From Candidatus Bathyarchaeia archaeon (GTDB lineage: Archaea > Thermoproteota > Bathyarchaeia > Bathyarchaeales > Bathycorpusculaceae), in NCBI GenBank assembly GCA_049969855.1, contig JBMFOB010000018.1, forward strand, positions 1 through 27,944: a DNA stretch of 27,944 nucleotides, in the 5' to 3' direction. This document shows positions 17,919 through 25,227 of this stretch, piece after piece. The translations under genes and the position numbers were made by a program. The notes beneath the pieces were generated by a model. That model worked only from the letters and a program-made list of their open reading frames with translations, had not been told where the DNA came from and made no database searches. Each line of letters opens with the position of its first letter. The first letter of the stretch is position 1.

Positions 17919-18083
17919 TGGTCGGGCGGGCAGGATTTGAACCTGCGACACTCCGGTTTCCGCTTTATGCGTGTACGCTTGGTAGGCTGAATGGACGCCC
18001 ACCATGGGTGGATGTCTACAGCGTCTCCGCCAGCTGGCATCTCCAGCAGGCTCGGAAGCTCTACCAAGCTGAGCTACCGCCCG
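17919..18083 (-). tRNA. tRNA-Tyr(GTA) with two introns (30/31 and 37/38) and encoded CCA
   Basis: Removing 18023-18052 (30 nt) and 17958-18015 (58 nt) gives a 77-nt cloverleaf: CGGGCGG/CCGCCCG acceptor with C1-G72 and A73 (archaeal Tyr identity), GCTC/GAGC D stem, TCCGG-CTGTAGA-CCGGA anticodon arm, GCAGG-TTCAAAT-CCTGC T arm. BHB motifs at both introns. Confidence 0.92.
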
Positions 18084-18136
18084 AACCAAAATTTCTAAAA
18101 TAAGAAGATTAGATTTATCCTTTTCGTAGTTTGACT

Positions 18137-18256
18137 TCACTTAATCCTATTATGGGATTTAAGCCAAAGGGCTCCCCCTACTATGACAAAAGCTATGGTT
18201 GTCCAGAAAAGGAATATTAACATTTTAGCAGCGTCTGAAGCTATCTCCTCAAACAT
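18137..18256 (-). CDS. Small single-pass membrane protein, 39 aa (45 aa from GTG 18274); not in ORF track
   Basis: MFEEIASDAAKMLIFLFWTTIAFVIVGGALWLKSHNRIK: acidic N-terminus, one TM, basic C-terminus. SD-like GGTGAG and AAGGA upstream. Confidence 0.55.
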   Translation of the reverse strand: MFEEIASDAAKMLIFLFWTTIAFVIVGGALWLKSHNRIK

Positions 18257-18442
18257 TTCCTTCAGCCTTCTCACCTACTAATTCCATTTTAAAGGTTAAA
18301 AGCAGAGTTTCCACGTTTGAAATAAGCACATTAGCAAACATATTTTGAATAGAGATATATACCCGTGCGAACAGCAAGCGTTTTATAAAAAATCAGTCTA
18401 TAAAAATTTTAACCCGAAAAGGGAGAAAGGAGAAGGCTTCCG

Positions 18443-20518
18443 TTACACTTTACGAATTTTACGCAAATCATAACAATAATACCAAGCAGTCCAACCGGAA
18501 CGAAAAGCCTCTTCCGCTTTCTTTCTTCTTCGTCTAAGATAAAGCCAAATCAGCAACAAAAGAATTATTAAAATCAAAAGCAACAAAAGCCACCAGAACC
18601 AACCAGGAACAAACCAACCCGTCACACCCTTTGCCTTCACTTCGACAAAACCATCAATATAGAGGTTGTTTTCCAAATTCTCTTCTTCGGGGACGGTGTT
18701 TGCCAAAGCGCTTAGAGTATAGTTTCCTTCAGCCACATTTTGCGTGTTCCAACTGAAATGTAACATTACTTGGGCATTAGATTCTAGTTCTTCAACGAGC
18801 AGCGTATCAATAATATTTCCATCATAAAAAATCGTAACATTGAAAGATTCTGTGAAATTCCCTTGATTTTTAACAATAACGTAGATTTCATCAATTTCAC
18901 CCGCATACAAAGATGTTAAAGAAGGGGATACCGTTAAAACTGCAATGTCGTGAAACAATAACAGATGCGGTTTAGCTTTAACTTGAACAACTCCATCCAA
19001 AAAAGTATTATCTGAGACATCTATGTCATCCGGAAGGGGAGCAAAAGCACTTATCCGATATACGCCTTCGCTCACGGAACTGGTATTCCACATGAAAGTT
19101 AATGTTTGCCGATCACCAGGTGCAAAGGCACTAACTTGTAAAGTTTCAATTAATATAAAGTCGTAGTAAACTCCTATGCTGAAATTTTCTGTTTCAGTTC
19201 CTTTATTGAGGATACTAACATTGATTTGAAGGGAATCGCCGATGTAAACAATGTTTGCTGATGGTTTGACATCAACTATTGCTATATTGTGAATAACCGC
19301 TGGTTTTTTAGGTTTAACCTCAACGATTCCATCAACAAAAATGTTGTCTGTTAAGTCTGCTTCATGTGCTAAATAGGGAATGGAAACGCTTATCGTGTAA
19401 TTTGCTGGAGCCACACCCGTGGTGTTGAAGGTGAAATTTAAAACTTTGTTGGAATGCGAGGCAAGCGTTAAAGAAAATGTTTCAATAAGAGAACCATCAT
19501 AATAGGCGCTTACATTGAAACTTTCAGTTTCTGTTCCCTCATTCTGAACTACCGCGCAAACATTCACAATTTGACCGACCTCAACAGAATCGGCAGAAGG
19601 AACAACCTCTACAACTGCAACATCATGAAAACTAATTGTTAACGGTTCATAGGGCAGAATGTAAAAACTTGTAGATACAGATGGACAATAAGGAACTCCG
19701 CTAGCATTTGGTGTTGTGGTTAGTGCTGATACATAAACCGTTGCTTTTCCTACATGTGCCCATTTAGGAATGTATAATTTGCAGTAAAGGAAAACCAGCT
19801 TTTCATTTGGTTGAACCTTAAAATCATATATTTCACAAAAACTAATCGGAACATCTAACTCGTCCTGTATCACTATGGCAATTGTAGCAGTTTTCGTAAC
19901 CATGGCAATGCTTTTTAAAGTAATCTCTAATCCTACGTCGCCATTGATGCCAAAATTTGTTCGATAGGTTAAATTTTCATCAATTGTTCTCACCGAAATT
20001 AATTCCACAAGCCAACTCACTTTAAAAGTTAAACTGTCCTGAAAAAGCTCATCTCCAATCACTGTATCTGCTAAGACATGCCATTCTCCAAAAACTTCGT
20101 TTTCACCATTTGTACAAGGCCATGGTATCGTAAAATTAATGGTTGCAATCCCGCTTGAATTAGTTTTCTCGGAAAAACTAAAGGAAGTCCCATTTGGAGT
20201 TTGCACGTAAAAAGCTACCAACAAGTTTTGGACAGGCATTTCGTTGTAAGTCACAAATGCATATAAAATGACGATTTCTTGCGGGCTGAAGGAGTCGCTT
20301 GGGTTGTTTGGTCCTTTTCCGCTGTATGGTTCTTTTTGTGTGAAAAGGTCTATTTTTCCGCTGGGGCTTTCTGAAATGGCAGTTTTCATGTTTGGCAGTG
20401 GTAGGCTAAGTAGGATTATGGTTATTGTTAGCATTAGAGCTAACTTTTTTAGCTTAAGATTCATTGTTATCAAGCATTTATTGAATGCGGAATTCTTTAA
20501 CAAATATTCCGTAATCAC
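18443..20518 (-). CDS. Cell-surface protein with three CARDB-like Ig repeats and C-terminal membrane anchor
   Basis: Signal peptide from likely start ATG 20464. Three H(D/N)(V/I)A..V.PS...G...N.G..TE.F repeats, many N-x-S/T sequons, poly-L/I TM followed by RRRRKK. Confidence 0.85.
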   Translation of the reverse strand: MITEYLLKNSAFNKCLITMNLKLKKLALMLTITIILLSLPLPNMKTAISESPSGKIDLFTQKEPYSGKGPNNPSDSFSPQEIVILYAFVTYNEMPVQNLLVAFYVQTPNGTSFSFSEKTNSSGIATINFTIPWPCTNGENEVFGEWHVLADTVIGDELFQDSLTFKVSWLVELISVRTIDENLTYRTNFGINGDVGLEITLKSIAMVTKTATIAIVIQDELDVPISFCEIYDFKVQPNEKLVFLYCKLYIPKWAHVGKATVYVSALTTTPNASGVPYCPSVSTSFYILPYEPLTISFHDVAVVEVVPSADSVEVGQIVNVCAVVQNEGTETESFNVSAYYDGSLIETFSLTLASHSNKVLNFTFNTTGVAPANYTISVSIPYLAHEADLTDNIFVDGIVEVKPKKPAVIHNIAIVDVKPSANIVYIGDSLQINVSILNKGTETENFSIGVYYDFILIETLQVSAFAPGDRQTLTFMWNTSSVSEGVYRISAFAPLPDDIDVSDNTFLDGVVQVKAKPHLLLFHDIAVLTVSPSLTSLYAGEIDEIYVIVKNQGNFTESFNVTIFYDGNIIDTLLVEELESNAQVMLHFSWNTQNVAEGNYTLSALANTVPEEENLENNLYIDGFVEVKAKGVTGWFVPGWFWWLLLLLILIILLLLIWLYLRRRRKKAEEAFRSGWTAWYYCYDLRKIRKV

Positions 20519-20592
20519 AAATATTGCTATAAACGATGTGTTTTAGAAGCATCATAACCTCACGATTTTATTTAAAAATGCTAAAGGTATTG

Positions 20593-20691
20593 TGGCGGGC
20601 CCGCCGGGAATTGAACCCGGGACCCCCGGGTTTCTTCTTTTGGGCTTTTGTTTAAAAGCCCGGTGCTCTATCCTTACTGAGCTACGGGCCC
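20593..20691 (-). tRNA. tRNA-Lys(TTT) with 21-nt canonical 37/38 intron (20632-20652) and encoded CCA
   Basis: GGGCCCG/CGGGCCC acceptor, G73, CCGGG-CTTTTA|A-CCCGG anticodon arm, CCGGG-TTCAATT-CCCGG T arm. Central helix CTTT/GAAG with AA|A bulge. Confidence 0.93.
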
Positions 20692-20764
20692 TCTTGGCTT
20701 TCGCTTTTAGAAGTCTTAGAAGGTGTTTTTTAGGGTTTCGATTGTTTTGGGTTTTTTAAAAAGT

Positions 20765-21136
20765 TTAGGGGGTGGATTGGACTTTTAGGAGTCCTGTTAT
20801 GAAGTTTTTTATTTTGTCGTTGGCGCTCAAAATGGTTTCTATTGTTTTTCTGCCTTTTTCTGTTAGCTGGTAAACTCTTTTTCTTTCGTTCCATGTTCCT
20901 TCGATTAGACCGTTTCTTTCAAGCGAGTATAGGAGTGAGTAGACGGTGCCTGAACTTACGAGGAGGTGGAATTTGTTGTGGATGAAGGAGATTACGTCGT
21001 ATCCGCTTAGGGGTCCGTTTCTTAGTTCTGCCAGTATTATTATGTCCATGAAGTTTTTGATTATGCGCTCATGCATTTTCTTTAATATTTTTCCCTCCAA
21101 TCTTTCACCGCCAATGATTATTGTCAGCGCCGTCAT
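20765..21136 (-). CDS. Short PadR-family transcriptional regulator
   Basis: DIIILAEL..GPLSGYDVI...VSSGTVYSLLYSLERNGLI...YQLTEKG. True start probably further downstream. Confidence 0.88.
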   Translation of the reverse strand: MTALTIIIGGERLEGKILKKMHERIIKNFMDIIILAELRNGPLSGYDVISFIHNKFHLLVSSGTVYSLLYSLERNGLIEGTWNERKRVYQLTEKGRKTIETILSANDKIKNFITGLLKVQSTP

Positions 21137-21186
21137 GTTTGTTCACGTTTTAAGATTTTAGGTTGGATATAAATATTTAAATTTTA

Positions 21187-21205
21187 TTCTAATTCCGAAT
21201 TAGAA
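21187..21205. promoter_or_regulatory. Perfect palindrome TTCTAATTC-C-GAATTAGAA, candidate operator
   Basis: 9-bp arms next to the AT-rich TATA region (about 21168-21182) of padR, in the divergent padR/cdvA-like spacer. Confidence 0.55.
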
Positions 21206-21451
21206 GTTGAAACAGATTATGAGAAGTTTATACTTCCCAACATCCATAAAATTTCGAAACAAATCACCTTCACAAACGTTTGCTGATGAATCAAATGTTT
21301 TAACATTTAGTTATATAAGAAGTTAACTGCACCCTCAATTTTTAAAGATAATTTCTCATTTAAATGCCAAAAGCAGACGTTCTTAACAGCCAGCGATATA
21401 TCTGCATATTAAAAAATGTTATTTCCTTCTTTAAAGGCATAAAAATGGACG

Positions 21452-22036
21452 GTGTTAAAATTGATTTCGTGGAAGCACTCTTTTAGGAGATTAAACGAAG
21501 AATACGAGATAGCGAAGAAAAAGAAGCAAGCTTTGGACAGTTTGTTAGGTAACGGCAGAATTTCGCAGTCTACCCATGAAATGTTTGACAAAGAAATAGC
21601 TGATGCCATTGCAGAAATTGAGAGGCAGAAGAGGGATTTGCTTGAGAAAATGAATTCAAAAGTTAGAGAACTTGAAAGCCAAATTAAGACATTAGAGGTT
21701 TTAGTTGCAAACTACGAGATTCAACACGTAACAGGCGAAGTAGATGAGGAAGTCTACCAGCGAGAAATTAGCCTTTTATCGGTTGGACTTGACACTGCGA
21801 GGAAAGAGCTGGACGCCGTTAAGGAAGCCCTAAACCAGCTTTCAGGCAACGTACAGATTCCAACAGCAACTGATGTGGCTCCCCAACAAGAAGTCAAACC
21901 CCAACCGCAAATGCAAGAGACAACGGTTGAAGTTTCAAAAGTGGAGACAGATTCTCCTCAAGCTCAGCAGGAACAAATTCAAGAAAAACCACAAATTGCA
22001 GAAGAAACGGCAAAGGTGGAAAAGACAGAAGGCTAA
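21452..22036 (+). CDS. CdvA-like coiled-coil protein
   Basis: Coiled coil with ALDSLLGNGRISQSTH and EIQHVTGEVDEEVY, resembling the CdvA helical region, followed by a Q/E/P-rich tail. Start may be TTG 21461 after GGTG. Confidence 0.65.
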   Translation: MLKLISWKHSFRRLNEEYEIAKKKKQALDSLLGNGRISQSTHEMFDKEIADAIAEIERQKRDLLEKMNSKVRELESQIKTLEVLVANYEIQHVTGEVDEEVYQREISLLSVGLDTARKELDAVKEALNQLSGNVQIPTATDVAPQQEVKPQPQMQETTVEVSKVETDSPQAQQEQIQEKPQIAEETAKVEKTEG

Positions 22037-22111
22037 GGAACCAATAAAACTTTCCCTTTTTCTATTTACAAACCCTTATAATAAAAGCGCAGCATCTTCC
22101 TTTAGGGAGAA

Positions 22112-23191
22112 ATGCGAATGTCTGAAAAGGTAATTATGACTTTCCATGAAAAGTTTAAGCAGTACGACTTAGGCGAAGGACACCCTTTTAGAGGGGACAG
22201 ATTTGTAAACGCCATAAAATTTTTTGAAAGCCAAGGGTTGTTCAACCTTTCTAAAATTGCCCTTGTGGAACCTCAACCTGCCTTAAAGGAAGATTTGCTA
22301 AGGGTTCATGATGAAAGTTATGTTGATTTCATTTTCCGCTTAGCAAGGGAAAAGAAGCCATATGATGTTGAGACTCCTGTTTCTCAAGAAATTCTTGAGG
22401 CTGCACTCTTAATCATTGGCGGTGCAATAGAATGCGGCAGAGCGGTTTTTGATGGAAAAGCGAAGCATGCAATTTCTATTGGCGGAGGTTACCATCATGC
22501 AGGCAGAAATCACGGCGGCGGATTCTGCCTATTTAATGACATAGCCGTCTTGATTGAATATTTACGAATAAAATATGGCGTCAAACGTTTTCTCGTTTTG
22601 GATTATGATGTGCATTTTGGAAACGGCACAAGCGACATTTACTATCGAGACCCAAGCGTGCTCTACATATCTTTACACCAAGACCCACGCACATTGTATC
22701 CTGGAACAGGATTCGTTTGGCAAATAGGAGAAGAAAAAGGCGAAGGCTACAATGTTAACGTGCCCCTGCCTCCAGGAACAGGCGATAACACGTATCTTTA
22801 CGCTTTAAAGGATATTTTTGTTCCTTTAGCTGGAGAGTTCAAGCCTGAAATAATTATTGCAAATGGCGGAAGCGACGCCCATTTTGCAGATATGCTAGGC
22901 GATTTAAATTTAACCGTTAAAGGCTTTTTCGAAATAGCCCGCTTAATCCGTGAAACTGCCGAGAAAGATTGCCATGGAAAACTTGTCCTGATACCTGGAA
23001 GCGGATACAACCCCAAAGTTTTGCCACTCTGTTGGTATGCACTTGTCGCAGGCATAATAGGTCTAGAAGAAATTAATGTGAAAGACCCTTACACTCCGCC
23101 GGAAGAACCGCCCTTCTGCCGAAAGAAAGTTGAAAGCACAATTGAAGAATTGAAGGGTTTGCTAAAGAAAAAATGGAATTGCTTCAGGTGA
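22112..23191 (+). CDS. Histone deacetylase family / AcuC-like deacetylase
   Basis: GHPF, GGYHHA, GGFCLFND, DYDVHFGNG, GGSDAH, GSGY. Confidence 0.92.
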   Translation: MRMSEKVIMTFHEKFKQYDLGEGHPFRGDRFVNAIKFFESQGLFNLSKIALVEPQPALKEDLLRVHDESYVDFIFRLAREKKPYDVETPVSQEILEAALLIIGGAIECGRAVFDGKAKHAISIGGGYHHAGRNHGGGFCLFNDIAVLIEYLRIKYGVKRFLVLDYDVHFGNGTSDIYYRDPSVLYISLHQDPRTLYPGTGFVWQIGEEKGEGYNVNVPLPPGTGDNTYLYALKDIFVPLAGEFKPEIIIANGGSDAHFADMLGDLNLTVKGFFEIARLIRETAEKDCHGKLVLIPGSGYNPKVLPLCWYALVAGIIGLEEINVKDPYTPPEEPPFCRKKVESTIEELKGLLKKKWNCFR

Positions 23192-23195
23192 AAGG

Positions 23196-23359
23196 CTAAA
23201 CTTTTCTTTCAATTAGTTTTGCGATTACGGCTGTTCCATAAGCTGCGAAGACTGGTTGTTCCCTGGAGTATGTCGCTTGTTTCAAAATCCTAAAACCTTC
23301 ACTATTTTATATCTGGGCAGTTCCGGCGTTGTTACAACGATTATTTCTTTTTCACTCAT
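23196..23359 (-). pseudogene. YbjQ (UPF0145) family pseudogene with internal deletion and frameshifts
   Basis: Frame 1 MSEKEIIVVTTPELPRYKIVKVLG then stop; frame 2 DFETSDILQGTT; frame 3 VFAAYGTAVIAKLIERKV*. Recognisable YbjQ N- and C-terminal motifs within only 164 nt. Confidence 0.75.
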
Positions 23360-23437
23360 TTTGGTTAACCCAGAGGCTTTAATAGTTGAAGCTATTTAAT
23401 TTGGTTTCTCATCCGGACAAGCAAGGGGACAAGCTTT

Positions 23438-24562
23438 ATGGAAAGCATTGATAAGGTTCGTGAATGGTTTCCCGTAACTAAGCATAAAGTTTTCTTAAAT
23501 CACGCTGCGCAATCGCCTCTTCCGAAAAGCGTTGCAGAGGCTGTTCGCAAGTATGTTGACGATTTCTCGAATTTCGGAGACACTTCGATGGAATGGAACG
23601 ACGGCGGAAAATCATTATTTGCGAAGTTGATTGGCGCAAAAAAGGAAGAAATAGCGTTCATCGAAAACACTTCTATTGGCATGAATATTGCTGCAAACGT
23701 GCTTCACTATCCGCGGGGCTCAAAAATTGTCACAACAGATTTGGAATATCCCTCTGTGGTTTATCCTTGGCTTCGCAAAAGCTTAGGCGTGAAAGTGCAT
23801 TATGTTAAAAATGTTGATGGTAAAATTTTGCTTGATGACGTGGAGAAGGTTGTTGACGATAAGACTGTGGCTGTTGCCATAAGCCACGTTGAATACGTTA
23901 ACGGTTTCCGCAATAACCTTCGAGCTTTAAGCGAAATAGCCCACAAACACGGGGCATACCTAATTGTTGACGCAATCCAATCCGCAGGAGCCATACCAAT
24001 AGACGTTAAAAGAGATGAGGTGGATTTTTTGGCAACAGCATGCTACAAGTGGCTTCTAAGTCCGCCTGGGGCTGGGTATCTATACGTGAAAGATGAGCTT
24101 ATTGAAAAGTTTGAGCCGCCATTTGTTGGTTGGGCAAGCGTAAAACCCGAAGTATTTGAGACAACAGATTTTTGGGACATTTGGAGTTTGAGGCTTTCGG
24201 AAACGGCAAGCCGCTTTGAAGTTGGTTCACCAAGCTTCATAAGTCTAGTTGGCGCGGCAGAAGCGCTGAAAATGCTGTTAAACTTTGGCATAGAAAACAT
24301 TGAAGATAGAATACTCAAACTGACAGATCATGCGATAGAGACTATAAAAAGTTTGGGACTGGAAATTTTCACTCCAGAAGAGAAAAAGTATCGTTCAGGC
24401 ATAGTCTTGTTCAGAATACGTAAGCCGCAGGAGTTGGTTGCGCAATTGCGTCAAAAGGGAATTGTTGTTTCCGCCAGAGCTCGTGGAATAAGGGTTTCGC
24501 CGCACTTTTACAATACTGAAGATGAAATTGACAGGTTGGTTGAAGAAGTCAAGAAATGGTAA
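23438..24562 (+). CDS. Aminotransferase class V PLP-dependent enzyme
   Basis: FLNHAAQSP, EYPS, VDAIQSAG, CYKWLLSPPGAG (PLP Lys), RFEVGS, IRVSPHFYN. Confidence 0.9.
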   Translation: MESIDKVREWFPVTKHKVFLNHAAQSPLPKSVAEAVRKYVDDFSNFGDTSMEWNDGGKSLFAKLIGAKKEEIAFIENTSIGMNIAANVLHYPRGSKIVTTDLEYPSVVYPWLRKSLGVKVHYVKNVDGKILLDDVEKVVDDKTVAVAISHVEYVNGFRNNLRALSEIAHKHGAYLIVDAIQSAGAIPIDVKRDEVDFLATACYKWLLSPPGAGYLYVKDELIEKFEPPFVGWASVKPEVFETTDFWDIWSLRLSETASRFEVGSPSFISLVGAAEALKMLLNFGIENIEDRILKLTDHAIETIKSLGLEIFTPEEKKYRSGIVLFRIRKPQELVAQLRQKGIVVSARARGIRVSPHFYNTEDEIDRLVEEVKKW

Positions 24563-24571
24563 AGAGATAGT

Positions 24572-25223
24572 TTGACGCTCAAAGTGGAAAAGGTTGATGA
24601 AAGCAATAAACAGCGGATTATGGATTTTCTAAAAGAAGACGTTATCAAGCATGTCTTCGCCGTATATGACCTTCAACACGACCTAAACAACACAATCGTG
24701 TATGCAGCCTTTGAAAACAGCGAATTGAAGGGGTACATTCTCATCTACAAAGACTTACGTTGAAAATTGGATGCTTGTTAAAAGGGGACGAGCAAACTTT
24801 TTCAGGTCAAATTTTGTGCGTAGGCTACACTCTGAAAATGATGCCCATAAACTCTTTACGCTTCTTTCCAGCCGTGAAGACCGCAGAGCTGGCACAGTGG
24901 AAAGCAGTTTGGAATGGATACGTAAAATGCCCACTTATGGAGTTTTCATAAAAGACGAATTAGTCTCTTATGCAAGCTCTTTTCTGCAACTTCCACAAGT
25001 GTGGATGATAGGTGGAGTTTACACGCATCCAAATCAAAGAAATGAGGGATATGCAACATTAGCCATATCAGCAGTAACAGAAGAAGCGTTAAAAAATGCT
25101 GAGTCAGCCGCCCTATTCGTAAGGTCTGATAATTATTCAGCCATCAGAGTCTATGAGAAAATTGGTTATCAAAAAATAGGCGAAAAAATTTGGGTTGATG
25201 TGGGAACTGGGCTTAAGCCCTAA
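24572..25223 (+). pseudogene. Split/frameshifted GNAT family N-acetyltransferase (fragments 24572-24763 and about 24756-25223)
   Basis: The first frame ends YILIYKDLR*. The +1 frame reads YVENWMLVKRG... and carries GNAT motifs IGGVYTHPNQRNEGYA and N.SAIRVYEKIGY. Confidence 0.6.
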
Positions 25224-25227
25224 AAGG

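Noticed and set aside
17999-18011. CAT-loop hairpin as a Met anticodon arm
   Set aside because: The loop is only 3 nt. Acceptor C1-G72/A73 and the BHB geometry support Tyr(GTA).
17958-18015. Box C/D guide RNA within tRNA-Tyr intron 2
   Set aside because: No RUGAUGA or CUGA boxes on the transcribed strand. The single CTGA is on the opposite strand.
17900-18140. ORFs 17900-18103 (+) and 17916-18140 (-)
   Set aside because: They overlap the intron-containing tRNA-Tyr and are incidental frames.
18084-20592. Integrated element between tRNA-Tyr and tRNA-Lys
   Set aside because: No integrase and no duplicated tRNA 3' end (att repeat) seen.
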